Source: Callorhinchus milii
Taxonomy: Eukaryota
Length of the DNA stretch: 64,000 bases
Assembly (NCBI RefSeq): GCF_018977255.1
Contig: NW_024704742.1
Coordinates: forward strand, 41,790,001-41,854,000
Reading direction: 5' to 3'
The position numbers were made by a program, and so were the translations under genes. Positions within the stretch are counted from its first letter, which is position 1. Every line of letters begins with the position of its first letter. This document shows, in pieces, positions 1 through 13,496 of the stretch. Under the pieces are notes generated by a model. That model ran no database searches. It was not told where the DNA came from and saw only the letters and a list, made by a program, of their open reading frames with translations.

Positions 1-320
1 GAGGGTGGCCAAATGCGCAGTTGAAGAGGAAGGTCTTGAGATGTGCTTTGAAGGAGGCAAGGGAGGCAAGACAAAGGAACTGGGGGATGCAGTTCCAAAG
101 GGTGGGGCAGAGAAGCTGAAGTCCCAACCATTGATGGTGGGGCAGGCTGGGCGATGGACATGGAGCAGGCCAAAGCCTGCTGAGTGGAGGAAGCGGACAG
201 GTTGATAAGGGATCAGCAGGTCACAGAGGTAGGAAGGAGCAAGGCCATGGATGGCCTTGAAGGCGAGGATGAGTATTTTGAACTCTATCCTCTAGGGGAT
301 GAGGAGCCAGTGGAGCCGGT
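1..320 (-). mobile_element. L2 LINE 3' fragment
   Basis: Reverse complement matches the L2 ORF2 C-terminus (HWL..RI.FKIL) of other copies in the window. Confidence 0.85.
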
Positions 321-839
321 AGAGGGTGCTATTATTGCTATCTGTTCACGTAATCCACTGAAACGCATCTCTGCCGACATCTACTGCTGGGGCAGACTTC
401 CAGCAAGTTGACAGGATTTCTGAAGGGATTCCTCATGAAGGAATCAACCAATCCTATGTTATGCACAACAGAATTAATGCCACTTCTTCAGCCTTGACAA
501 GGACAGTGGAACTTCAGTTATCCATACGTTAATTATCAGCAAGTCCATTTATCCACATTGGACTCTGATGCAGAAGTGAACATTTGGGGCTGTGAGGTAA
601 TGGCAAAATAATCCTGTTGTGTACATGCCAGAACCATGTGCATAAGGTTATTAGGGTTGCTCTAATCGCATCCTGAATAACCTTGTTCACAGGTGCATAA
701 CTTTGTGTTTGTGCACAGCTGGATTTCTTTTTATTTTGGGGGGAAGAAAAGAGACTCAGCGAGCGAAAGATAAAGAAAAGAAAGAGAGAGAGTCCGAGAG
801 AATAGTAGAGAGAGTGAAGACTGACACAGTGATAGTGTT

Positions 840-1240
840 CACTCCATAGGTTGCAGATCATTCAGAACTCTGCAGCCCATGTCCTTTCCCGCACCAGGCT
901 CCGTGACCCTATCACCCCCATCCTCGCCCAACTCCACTGGCTTCCCATCACACAGAGAATACAGTTCAAGATCCTGGTCCTCAACTTCAAAGCCCTCCAT
1001 GGCCTTGCTCCCCTTTACTTCTATGACCTCTTAACCCACTACCATCCTGCCTGATCCCTCCGCTCAGTGGGCTCCGGCGTGCTTCACATCCCCCGCCTCG
1101 CTCGCCTCACCATTGACGAACGGACCTTCTGCCACTCTGCCCCCACCCTCTGGAACTCTATTCCACAGTCCCTCCGCCTCACCTCCTTCCTTGCTTCCTT
1201 CAAGACCCTCCTCATTGTTTTGTTGTTGTTGTTGTTGTTA
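840..1240 (+). mobile_element. L2 LINE 3' fragment
   Basis: LQIIQNSAA..LHWLPI..FKILVL, with a (TTG)n tail. Confidence 0.9.
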
Positions 1241-1744
1241 TAGTGATAGCCTGATGAACATTTGTTCAGTTAGTACTGTAGCCCATTTTTACTTTGTGTG
1301 AATTCCAATTATCTGCTCTGTTAGCTTATCCACAATGGGTTGGTTGCAATTAGTGCAACTCATCAATTCTCTACTGTAGCTGTATAGCAGTGTTTGAAGC
1401 TGCCTGCCATCTTCTCTATCTGTTCAAGTATCATGGCAATAACATTTCAATGTGTCACATTTCAGTTTGCTTAATTTTTGAAGAACAAGTGGAATGAGGG
1501 GTAAAATGGAATTGCAATGTGACCAAGAATCGAAAAGAACATTTAGAAACCATCACAAACATATGATTAATATCTTCAAGTTAAGCCTTTGGGGTGAAAA
1601 AGCACAACAATTTGATAATACAGCATATTCTGTCTCTTTTCAGAGTGCTGAAGGCAGCCAGAGACAGTAATTGTATGCACTGTTCAAACACAATACAATA
1701 CAAAAATCAGCAAACGGAAGACTTAGCACTAGGTTTCATTAGCT

Positions 1745-2057
1745 CAGTCCCGTAGCTCAGTGGTTGAAGTATTTGCTTTGCAAATGAGAGACCTGTGTTC
1801 AATTCCCAGCAGGGTGAAACCTTGGGCAAGTTTCCTTACTCCACACGGCTGATAAAAATCCCTCAAGAGAATAAAACAATCATAAATTGGTCACTTCAAA
1901 CCACAACTGTTTGTGGGACACTGCTGGGCGCAATTGGCTGCTGCATTTCGCCCACAAATATACAGTGAATTCACTTTACAGTCTATTCTGTGAAGTGCTT
2001 TGAGACGTCTAGAAGATGTGAAAAGCGCTATATCAAATGCAAGGATTATTATTATTA
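1745..2057 (+). mobile_element. tRNA-derived SINE (CORE-like + Deu-like + L2 tail)
   Basis: A/B-box tRNA head, CCTTGGGCAAGTT, Deu-like block, (ATT)n tail. Confidence 0.9.
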
Positions 2058-2234
2058 ATGTGTGAAAGCAAGACAAGAAAGAAACAGTTTACAGAACTTT
2101 AAAACAGCACATTAACCTAACCTAAATAAAAGAAGAGGTGTTAAGCTAATATTTTTCATAACCAATTAAAAATAATTAGGGGTTGTAAAAAATAAAACCT
2201 AAAGCCTTTGTTCTACTACTCATTGGAATGATAA

Positions 2235-2440
2235 AATCATAGAATTATACAGCACAGAAAGGGGTCATTCGGCACATCATGTCTGTGCCCGCTCTTTGAA
2301 AAGAGCTATCCAAATCAATCCTATTCCCCCGCGCTCTCCCCATAGCCCTACAAATTTGTTCTCCCCAAATAATTATCTACTTCTCTCTTAAAAGTTGCTA
2401 TCAAATCGGCTTCCACCACCTTTTCAGCCATTGCATGCCA
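2235..2440 (-). mobile_element. CR1 LINE 3' end
   Basis: ATCATAGAA..ACAGCACAGAA..CATTCGGC terminal pattern typical of cartilaginous-fish CR1. Confidence 0.7.
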
Positions 2441-2659
2441 GAAGAGGTGTTCAACTAATATTCATTCACGACACTTAAAAAAAGAAGGGCTTCAAAGAAA
2501 TGAAATGGGAAGGAAATGTAAAAACTGACCAGATTTTGAATGAAGACATACCCTATCTGCTTTCACTGCACCTTCCGTAAACTAAATGACATTTTATTAT
2601 TGTTCCCTAAGAATTGTAGGAATTATATCCTGTGGACTTTAGCGCAACATACAGCTTTA

Positions 2660-2950
2660 ATAATAATACTAATCCTCACACTTGGTATAGCACCTTTCAC
2701 ATCAGAAGGATATCTCAAAGCGCTTCACAGGATTTACTGCAAACAACAACAACTTACATTTATATAATGCTCTTTACGTGGGGGTAAAGTCTCGGAGAGA
2801 TTAACAATGGGGGAGCATGTTGTCGAGCTAGGGAGAGAGGAATAGGTGGCCGTAGGCATGGTCAAAGAAGACAATATTCTGGTGTGAGCTGAAGATGGGC
2901 AAGGAGGGGGAAACTGAAGGGATTAAAGCTGAGAGTTTGAGGTTGGGGAG
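2660..2950 (-). mobile_element. SINE tail plus short L2-derived element
   Basis: Reverse-complement SINE tail abutting (AAC)n..TTTATATA L2-type tail. Confidence 0.6.
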
Positions 2951-4979
2951 ATAATGGCTGATACACAGCTGCTGATGCCAGAATAGAGGGGATGAGGGAA
3001 TTAACATGCAGTGACTGTATTTTGTAGGTGAAAATATACTTGTTGTTTATCATAAGGAGACATATCCATTCCCTTCCCATCTCGGGAAATCTAGGACTGC
3101 CTTTTAATAAGAAAGAAACTAATGGCATAATATCAGTTTTGTGCTACATGCAGTTAAGAGTTTTTCCCATGTATTTTAGAGAACGTTTAGTGCTATTTAG
3201 ATGAAGATCGCAGGCACTGATGTATAGCGAGACTGCTAATGTTATATTTCATGATTTGGCTGTCTATTGAAACAGCACGCAATCTTTAGATCGGATGAAG
3301 ACCCTTTATTGCTACTTGAGTAAGTTTCTAATAAATCACTGGCCATAGGCAGTTTGCACTCCAGTGCTGTCATCTCAGCCAAGAGTCCATCAGTAGCAGC
3401 ATCATACAGGCAATGCCTCATGTTCATACTGTGTAGGAAACACTTCAACTTACTGGAGTAATGGCGTGAAATCTGACTGATAGGAAGTAGAAACCTGGGC
3501 TGTGTTTCAATCCACATTAGGGGGATTTCTCCGCATCTGAAAATAAACTCCTGAAATTTGTGAGGTATTGAAACAATATTTAATTTGCTGGATACAATGT
3601 AGAACAGTCAGAGACATGCATTCACCTGATGTTTGTAGGGATTACAATGCATTCAATTCCAGGGCCAAATAAGACATTTCTTCCCCCCGAAACCAAAGAA
3701 TGTGCATGACCTTGACATTGAATAATAGTACTCCAATATACAGAAGATTGTAAGACTCACAATGTAATGTATAATGTACAATTCAGCATTTTCTCTGCAT
3801 TACACAAAGTCTTAAAAAAAGTGTGCCAATGTATAATATTTTATAATATAATATAAAATGTTATAATAGAAAAACACAACAGCATTATCCTGTTTTATGG
3901 ACCAGCTGGTTCAGTGATTTTTTTTTAATATGCTCAAATATTGTGTTACATGCTAAACATGCTAATATTAGTAAACCTAGCTTTATTTCTGTAAAGCTGT
4001 CCTCAACTGCTAAACTAATTAAAGTAAAACAATTCAGCAACTTCACCCATGCATGTAAATTTCTTATTATCTGGAGTGGTTGTGTTCATCCTGTTCACCT
4101 AATCCCAGAGACGTTTGGTATAGTTTGGTAAAGAGCTAAATCTTAGGGATTGGGTTAATTGGATTTTATTTTTTTAAATTTAAAATTATTATTATTTTAA
4201 AAAATGAACATTTTTTTAGAATTTTAAAAAAATATTATAGGTTTAATAGGTTTAAATAGGTTTAAAGTGTGACAGAGGAAACACTCTTCTGAGGCAAAGC
4301 ACATTTTCTAATAAACGTTTTACAATTTAATGATTAAAAATATTTTTTTCTACATAATAAAATACAGGTTTGGTTAGCTGGTATTCAGTTTGTTTAAACT
4401 TGCTCCATTCTTCCTTACAAAATTAAATTGTGTTTTCCAAAGTAGTATCAAAACCATTTAATCTTATTGATGGTATATACAGTATATATAAGAACTTTTA
4501 CATTGGATTACAGGAATGATGCGACAGAATGCTAAGATTCAGATTCGTCTGATCAAAGGATATTTGTAACTTTCATCAAAATTAATAACAGCTTACATTG
4601 GATTAAAAGTTCATCTTCTCACTATTCAGTCTCCCCAAAATCATACTCTTCTGTTTACCTATTTTACCATCAAAACACTAAAGATATGAATTGGAATTAA
4701 AGCCTTGGTTGAGATGTGCTGTAAAAAATTCAGGCTCTGTGAATGTCTCTGCAGTTGGTGGTAATAAGCAAGAGATTCCAGAATCAGATAGTGTTGTGGG
4801 GTATTTGTGTAAATCATACAATGTTACCCACATATTTTCTGCACATTTCAAACACGTCACCTCTGCAAGGACTTGCAAAGTTCAAGCTGGTGATCTGCAA
4901 CACTATCATTCACAATACACATATTCGCTTTCATGTATATGTGTGTGTGTGTGTTGGAGCCTAACACTTCATATGTTAG

Positions 4980-5963
4980 GCTTTCTTCAGCTCAACATGC
5001 GAAAAACCGAGGCCCTCGTGATTGGCTCACGTCAGCGCCTCCGCACCTCAGGCGCTGACACCATCAGCATCCGAGGCTGCACTCTCCACCTCTCAAAGCC
5101 AGTCAGGAACCTCGGCGTTTTGTTCGACCCTGAGCTGTCCTTTCTCCCTCACATCCGCACCACAACTGGCACCGCCTTCCATCACCTCCGGAACATCGCC
5201 AGACTACGGCACTACCTCACCCCTCACGCTGCTCAAAACCCTGGTCCACGCCTTTGTCACCTCAAGGCTGGACTATGGGAACTCTCTCCTCGCCGGCCTT
5301 CCCGCCACCTCCCTCCACAAGCTGCAGGTCATTCAGAACTCTGCAGCTCGTGTACTGTCCCGCACCAGGCTTCGGGACCACATCACTCCCACCCTCGCTC
5401 ACCTCCACTGGCTCCCCATCCCCCAGAGGATTGATTTCAAGATCCTCATCCTCACCTACAAGGCCATTCACGGCCTTGCTCCCTCCTACCTCTCCAACCT
5501 ACTATCCCCCTACCTACCTGCCCGTACCCTCCGTTCCTCTGGCTCTGGTCTGCTCCACGTCCCCCGCCCCAACCGCCCTACCATCGGTGGACGGGCCTTC
5601 AGCCTCTCAGCCCCCAGGCTCTGGAACTCCATCCCCCAGTGCCTTCGCCGCTCCTCCCTTTCCTCCTTCAAGGCCGGTCTCAAAACCTTTCTCTTTGACC
5701 GAGCCTTCAGCTCCCCTCTCGACTCTCTTCCCCCTCCTCGCTCTCTCCCTTCCCTCCCCTCACCCTGACCATTTCCCCCCTCCTCGCTCCCTCCCTTCCC
5801 TCCCCTCACCCTGACCATTTCCCCCCTCCTTGCTCCCTCCCTTCCCTCCCCTCACCCTGACCATTTCCCCCTTGCTCGGGTCATGACCCAACTGTGCAGC
5901 GCCTTGGGACGTCCTCCTGACGTGAAAGGCGCTTTATAAATGGAATCTTGTTGTTGTTGTTGT
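4980..5963 (+). mobile_element. 5'-truncated L2 LINE (young copy)
   Basis: [30 protein letters not shown], terminal stem-loop and (TTG)n tail. Confidence 0.95.
5727..5872 (+). repeat. Three 46-bp tandem repeats in the L2 3' UTR
   Basis: CACCCTGACCATTTCCCC starts at 5761, 5807 and 5853. Confidence 0.9.
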
Positions 5964-6229
5964 AGGTAATTGTTGAAGGCATATGAAATTCAGAATAATA
6001 AAATGTTTAAATAGTGATACTTTTTTTTTACATTCACTGTTAGTACTGTTTCCTCGATGTATTAAATCATATTAAATCACATTAAATGTTTCACCTACAA
6101 AACGCACAGTCAATTCACTTTACAGTATATTCCGTGAAGCGATTTGAGACGTTTCGACGATATGCTAAGGCACTGTATCAAATGCAAGGATTATTATTAT
6201 TAATAAATCTGTTTATCATGGAGTCCTGT

Positions 6230-6690
6230 GTTTTAATATCGTGCTCCAACTTTAGGCAAACTCTACTGTAAAAATCAGACTAAGTAGTAAATAAGATCAT
6301 CTTAGAACAAAATAAATGACCAACTATAAAATACTAGTGATTAAACAGAAAATTACGTTTTCATGTACAGGACAGGCTATACATATCTGTAAGCAATTAT
6401 TCAAATACAAAGTAGTGAAATGCTTTTTTGCTAACCCAACTGTTATTAATTGAGAGTTTACATATTTTACAGATTGCGAGTCTAATTCTTCTTCTTATTG
6501 CTCTGTCAAGGCTTTCACCAGCTATTGTTCCCTACCTCCGGCCCCTCCTCTGTCTTGTCCTAAAGGTAAACTCTCATTACTTTCCTTTAACAATTCCATG
6601 GGTACTGGTGCCTTCTGGTATCTCAACTGAAGCACCATAATTTATGCAGTGTAGTGTCCCACAGCACTTGGGTCTATCCTGACAGCAAGA
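6230..6690 (-). pseudogene. Dynein pseudogene: C-terminal domain
   Basis: YGAS/*DT (cf. GAxWD), IACPVH (cf. YxCPVY), SRVCL (cf. terminal RGVAL/RRVHV). Confidence 0.6.
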
Positions 6691-8864
6691 AATATATTTT
6701 AGTCATCTTCTTTACCGCTCCCCTCTCACCCCCAACTTGGGAACCAGGCCACTCGTGTGAAGTGCTTTGAGATGTCTTGCCAATGTATTTGTTGGGTACT
6801 GCTAGATTGTTAACTACTAAAGTGGAACCGCCTCAAGCAACTCGGTCTGTATCTTATCATTAGTGAAATCATTCTACAAGGTAATAGGGAACGGTGACTA
6901 TTTGAGTTGATATTGGTTAATTACATTACAATCACAAAGCTATGTCCTCACAATCTCTTGCAGGGTTTGAAAGGATGCAGTAACAACCATATAGGTGGTA
7001 GGTGCTCAGTCCCATTGTAAGACCAGGCATTAGGCAGTCATATCCTTACCACAAGGCCACCCAATTCCACTTGTCATAGGACTACTAAGGATCAGGCACT
7101 TAAACTAAAATAATAAAAGGATCAGTGCTGACAGAAATCAGATGGCTCCCACTAGACCACAAGCAATCGGATACCCCAGATAGACCACCAAGCAAGGCTT
7201 ACATTTATAGATCCATTTAGAAAAAAAGACACATTTTTCATTACAGTGGTTTCAATCATAGACTGGAGCCTCCAGCTAACAAAACCACCATTAAGATGGG
7301 AAATTTATGGTGGGACCAGGAAACCTGCGGCACATGTACACAAAGTGCTCGCTGCATCCTTTTAGTTTTGCGCCTTTCAGACTTGCAAAATATTATGCTC
7401 TTAAAGAACAGGTCAAAACCACAGTCAAATTGTACGAATTGTACTTGGTGCAGATATTAAGCAGATTAACCTGCACTGATCTATTCTATCAGGTTTATGA
7501 AGATGATTACATGATTGCTAACCTGGACTCAACAATCAGTGGATCTAACCTTGGTATCACACACGCTTTGTCGAAAAATGATTATATTTTCCCTCTTAGG
7601 ACAAGATAATATATATGGAATTTTTCTGTTATACCACAATAAACTCTTACAAACCCTAGGACCATTAAATAGACAATGACTTTATGTTATATATCTACTG
7701 AAAAGAATAGTGTAAAAGTGGTGGAGTGTTGGGAGTTGGGAGGCCTCGTAGGTTAAGTGCTCCTAGACACTACCTGGTGTGAAGGGCGCTATATAAATGC
7801 AAGTTGTTATATTTACTAGAGTAATATTTTAGCAGGTTTATGTGCATGATACATATACAAATACTCCTGCACAATATTCTAAGCTTATCATATGGTATAT
7901 TTATTCCATTCCCACTTTTTTTCGGTCAACTGGGTGTCTGACATACCCATGCAAATGCCCATCCGATGCTTAAGAGTATCCAAACAAGATCGAGAGCTCC
8001 ACATATGTGTGCCATCTACACTTGGAAATAGCTTGACAGTTATGGCTGAGTAACGGAGCTGAGGAGGGAAATAAGGAGGAGAAGACAGATGAATGAGAGA
8101 CACATAAGAATGTTCAAACCTGCCATGTTCCACCATATAATAAATTGGATGAAGTTGCAACATTAAAGAAGTGCATATAACTTATTTGGTGAATATTTTT
8201 TCCAGCCCTCTACTCACTCAAGAGGCACATGTATGTTGTTTCCTCAAATATCTTCTTTGATGTGGTGTAGATTAAACTGCTGAAGGATGTGTTTGATTTA
8301 CAAATAATGCTTACCACCCATTCTCCACCCCTTGCTCCATCATTACTGTATCAGGGCCCTGTGCCATCTGTAAACAAAAGATTCCCTCAGACGCCTTGAT
8401 TTGAGACAGCCACATATTCAGATCACACTTACTGTTACTGTTTCCTGTTAGTGTTGTTCTTTCATCAAAGCAATTGCTTTGTGAGGAAGAGCAGCTTTAA
8501 GTGGTTGCTGCAGAGGTACTAAGGTCTAATTTGCCGGTTGTGAACACCAGTGCAAATACATGTGTAATGCAGGAATTAAAGACTTCTTAATCATGTACTC
8601 AACAACCATGTGATTTTGGAATCCTTTGGACTGGTTGTTAATTCCATATTAAGGAAATCTGTAATCCTCTTTCTGAAGACATATAGACATGGTTAACACA
8701 TCCCGCACATTAGACCGCAATTTTTTCATGTTATCATGTTGTTTGCCAAAACGTATCTTTGTTTAGACATTATTAAATCTATCAGTTCTATAGAAGCTTG
8801 TATAGGTCATTGTACTTCCTGAGCATGTTGTCTGGGTTTGAACAATTTAAGTTTTCACACTGGG

Positions 8865-9270
8865 TAACTAGCCTGACTCAGTTGGTAGAAGGTTATACCT
8901 TCCAGACCCATGTTGGGACTTTGAACCCATAATCTATGCTGCTACTCCAGTGCAAGCCGGGGGTGTGCTGTGTTGTTGGAGGTACCCGACTTCGGATAAA
9001 ACATTACACTGAGGTCTCATCTGCCTGTTCAGGTGCATGTTAAAAATTCCATGGCACTGATCAAAAAGAGCAGGGAGTTTTTTTCCCAGTGACCTGACGA
9101 ACAATCTTCTAGATAAAATTGATCATTCACCTCATGACTGTTTGTGGAAAATTGCTGTGCATAAATTGACTGTCACATTCACTCACAAATACAGTCATGC
9201 ATTTCAGTACATCTTATGAACAATATGATAAGGTGCCATTTCAAAAATATGGATTAAGATTATTATTATT
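8865..9270 (+). mobile_element. Old Deu-domain SINE
   Basis: tRNA-like head, CTGCCTGTTCAGGTG..CCATGGCAC Deu block, (ATT)n tail. Confidence 0.8.
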
Positions 9271-9519
9271 ATCTTGGTCTCCATTATAATAACTCGCATA
9301 GCCTCTAGGGGGCCTGCTCTGTATGGTTATGAAGCTGGATGTTCTTGTTTGCACACATGTACACACACATAAATATATTTGTGTATCACTGCTTCCAGGG
9401 TGCAGTTCTAGCTGGATCTATTTACATTTTGAATAAGGATGTCCCAAATGATATAAACACCATTAGATGCTCAAAGAATTTTGAGGTCAGAAAGTAGACA
9501 CAAACACTAAAAGGGTATC

Positions 9520-10660
9520 TTTAAATTTTGACAACTTGTTTTATCTTTTCAGGTTGTTTTTTCCTCTTTACAAAATCTAGATCAGATCGCGTAACGCCCT
9601 CCATGAATTTGCACTGACCTAAACAACACTGCGTGTAGGCAGCGAGCAAATCTTTCCTTATTTTTGTGTATTTATGTTCGCCCAAAATATGACAGCATAG
9701 GATTGTCAAAGTACAACATGATTTAGATTGTAGAATAGAATTGATTGTTGGGTACTGTGTGGCAGAAATTATGCCCTGTGATGTGTTAATTATAATTGGT
9801 GAAAATAGTCACATTGATGAATGAGATCAACAAGGCCTGTTGCAAATAAAAGACTGGCCAGGAGTGTGACTCCTCCTATCCCCTTCCCCTCCCGACCTCA
9901 AATCCAGCAAAATTGTTGGGTCTGAAGCAAGCCTTGATGAGCATTAGAATTGTCAGCCTATACATTGTGGAGTACTTGTTTGTGAGATAACAAAAAAGGT
10001 CAGAGTTAAACTGGTGTCCTATTAACTGGCACTAAGATGCAATCCATAGCAGGTTCAATGGTGCCATGAGTGTTGCTCAATGACCATCATGCTGGGAGAG
10101 AATTGGTTCCAACCACCTGGATAAAATCATTCACCTGCAATTAGACATCAAATGAGACATGAACAGGAATGAACTTTTCAATGGTGTATTAAAGGCACCA
10201 GTAACTCCACTTGATGGAACAGTAAAGATATTGAAATCAAAGCTGCATGTTATATTGGATGAGATAGGAGGTAGAGAGATGATTTTTGATGAACTTAATG
10301 GCCTTTTCTCATTTTTGGCTTTTCTCTTCCCCACCCCGAGCTCAGGCCCACAGTAGGCTCTGTGAAGAGCTTCGAGATGCCCTCCCAATGTGAAAGTGCT
10401 TTATAAAGTTAAAATTGTTTTTGTTATGTTCTCATGATGCTGTGAGGACAAAAACAATTAGGAGAGAATTCTAGGGTTTAATATTCCTCGGGTATAAAAG
10501 CAGGTATAAAGCTATTATAATAATCTTTGCAACAGCTGCTCACAATATTACAGAAGCACATAGCATTCCTATGTGGCAATTGTGAGAAATGGTAAATCAT
10601 AAGCAACTATACAGAAGTAACAGCCAATTTTGAACACGTGCAGTTTGAACTTTTCAGGCT
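9520..10660 (-). pseudogene. Dynein pseudogene: AAA6 and lid
   Basis: YVLL*YC (cf. WVxLQNCH), LNPR..LFLSS, LSSSKIISLPP..NI (cf. LQNSVKxTNEPP), PGGWNQF (about 10100-10123), FCYL, ILGEH (cf. IFGxH). Confidence 0.7.
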
Positions 10661-11349
10661 TTGAAGCAGCTAGTAAGCCACTTAGCTCCTATAAACTTCG
10701 TAAAGTTCAAGAATCAAGCTGTGTAGTGTGAGATGTAAAGCACTGGTTCAGCAAGGAGCCTGTGCAAGAGCTGCCGAACATGGCAATGGATATAGGAGCA
10801 AATTGCGCACAGCAATGTCCCACAAACAGTCGTAGATTGAAAATGACCAATTTTTTTTATTATTGTTTTTGGTTTTGGAGGGAAAGGTGATGGAGGTGAC
10901 TGTGCCCTAATCCCCTAATATGCAAAGAAGGCACCAATGTTTTGCCCATACAATATACAGTTACTTCACTTCACAATACATTTTGTGAAGAGCTTTGAGA
11001 CATCTCAACAACATGATAAGGCACTATGTCAAATGCAAGGATTATTATTATTAAGATTGCAGGTGAGATAATATTTAATATTTAGTGGATTTACATGTTG
11101 CAGACTCCGTTATAATACCCTTCTTATCAGTGAAGGTCATGAGGACAGATCCACAACATTCCTGGCTTATGGATCATGGCTATTAACTACTGGTTAACAG
11201 GATGTCATCCTTTAAGTTACTTATTTACAAAAACTCTGGTATCCTGTTATCTATCAATTGAAGGTTGCAATGTGCAAGCACAATATTTAATGCTGTGGGA
11301 TAGGCTTCACAGACAATGCTATTGAGAAGAAGACAGGGGTAGTCTATCC

Positions 11350-11740
11350 AGGTCCCTTCAATGTGCTAAATATTGATAAACCACTCAATCGACCCCAATA
11401 TGTCACTGACAATATAAATTCTGTCTCAAAAGGACCTAGCAGGAGTTACGCAAGTTAAAGAGAAGCAGAGAGTTAAGAAATAAATACAAACCAATTTGAA
11501 TGCAAAACATATCTGCACATAAGGGGAAATAATAGTTGTAAATGATACTTGGAAAACACTCTGAAATCGTAGCAATAGAAATTAAAGTAGCACTCACTCT
11601 TCCATCTTGGCAAATATAGTACAATGTGAATGATTTTATACAATGCAGCTCATGATGAGAAAGGAAATGAAGGATGAACAAAATGAACCTTTAAATGTGC
11701 CATTCAACCATGTCTCAGCCACAATGATTTTATTTGCTTG
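11350..11740 (-). pseudogene. Dynein pseudogene: region between AAA5 and AAA6
   Basis: VHPSFPFS (cf. DPMYQFS), SIIYNY..MF, GSIEWF. Confidence 0.55.
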
Positions 11741-12174
11741 AAGGCAAAACCTTCATGTAATGGGAGGCCATAATGTGCAGGACGTGACGTCAGCAGCAAC
11801 TAGGATAATCTCAAAATTGGTCAATTTTTTTGCTTTACTTATAAGGTGGCCTCCGAGCTATTGGACTTAGAGTTTCATCTTATAATGAGGTTTCCCTAAA
11901 TTAACTACTCCAGTTAGGGATCTCAACAGTTTAGACCCAAATGACATCAAAAATGCTTCCTGCATATAGCTCTGATGGGTCCAATGCATAGAAAGTGACC
12001 TCAGTGGCAACTTGATAACTTAGAAATTGGCCATTTGTTAGCATGGGAGGCCAGCAATGGAACCATGCTTCAAATGAGCGCAGGTCCACAGGACACCAGG
12101 GCTATAAGAGAGACAGAGCTACACAAGGAGCATTAGAAAGGATTGCTGTATAACAGCTTAAGCTAGTTGCTAGT

Positions 12175-12336
12175 TCGCCCACAAATATACAGTCAATTCA
12201 CTTTACAGTGTGTTCTGTGAAGCGCTTTGGGACGTCCTCCCGACGTGAAAAGCGCTATATCAAATGCAAGGATTATTATTATTATTATTATTTGGGACGT
12301 CCTCCCGACGAGAAAAGCGCTATATCAAATGCAAGG

Positions 12337-12365
<29 letters not shown>
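12175..12365 (+). mobile_element. SINE 3' part with duplicated tail
   Basis: TTTGGGACGTCCTCCCGACG..(ATT)n occurs twice in tandem. Confidence 0.9.
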
Positions 12366-12367
<2 letters not shown>

Positions 12368-12434
12368 TCCAGTCTAATATTTGGTCGTGCTGCATTGTTG
12401 GGGGTGTCGTGCTTTAGATGAGATGTTAATCTTA

Positions 12435-13200
12435 CCTCAGGGGCTGACAGCATCACTATCCATGGTTGCACACTCCACCTTGCTAAGCCAGTCCGGAACC
12501 TTGGGGTTTTATTTGACCCTCAACTATCCCTTCTACTCCACATTTGCGCCATGACCTGCTCTGCCTTCCCCTACTTCCACAACGTCACCTGGCTCCGCCA
12601 CTGTCTCACACCGCAGGCTCCCGAAACCCTCACACATACTTTCATTACATCGAGGATTGACCATGCAAACTCACTGCTTGTCGGCTTCCCAAACTCCTCC
12701 CTCCACAGGCTGCAGATCATCCAGAACTCTGCAGCCTGTGTCTTCTCCCGCACTAGGCTACACGACCCTATGACCCGTATCCTTGTCCAACTCCACTGGC
12801 TTCCCATCACACAGAGGATACAGTCGAAGATTCTGGTTCTTACCTTCAAAGCCCTCCATGGTCTTGCTCCCCCCTACCTCTCCGACCTTCTAACCCCCTA
12901 CCATCCTGCTCACTCCCTCTGCTCAGCGGGCTCCGGCCTGCTTCACGTCCCCCGCCTCGCCCACCCCACTATTGGTGGGCAGGCCTTCCGCCACTCTGCC
13001 CCACCCTCTGGAACTCCATCCCGCAATCCCTCCGCCTCACCCCTCCCTTCAAGACCCACCTCAAGACCCTCCTCTTCGACCGTGCTTTCGATCTTCCTGC
13101 CTCCCCCCCTGCCCTCCACCCTTCCTGACTCCCAGCTTGTATCCGTAACTCTGTCTGTCCAGCACCTTGGGACGTCCTCCCGACATGAAAGGCGCTATAT
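12435..13200 (+). mobile_element. 5'-truncated L2 LINE
   Basis: ORF 12551-13207 matches the L2 ORF2 C-terminus. Confidence 0.9.
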
Positions 13201-13496
13201 CCTGTGAAGTGCTTTGAGATGTCTCGATGACATGTTAAAGTCCTATATCAAATGCAAGGATTACTATTATTATTGTTGAGGTGAACATTAAAGATCCTGA
13301 CACAATAAATAAAAAAGAAGCATCCAGTGTGGTGGGCAACAATTCCCCAGATTACATTGATTGTTCATTTCATGACTATAAAAATTTGTCAAAGAGGAAC
13401 CTAAAAGTGATCTAGCAGTGTTGACTTAATACTCACTATGTCAAAACAGTGTGAGGCAGCAATAATCAAGGCAAACAGATGCTGAGCTACATAAAA

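Noticed and set aside
4691..5814. Long ORFs (247, 248 and 186 aa; also 16162-16770) as host genes
   Set aside because: They are L2 ORF2 fragments or alternative/antisense frames of GC-rich L2 sequence.
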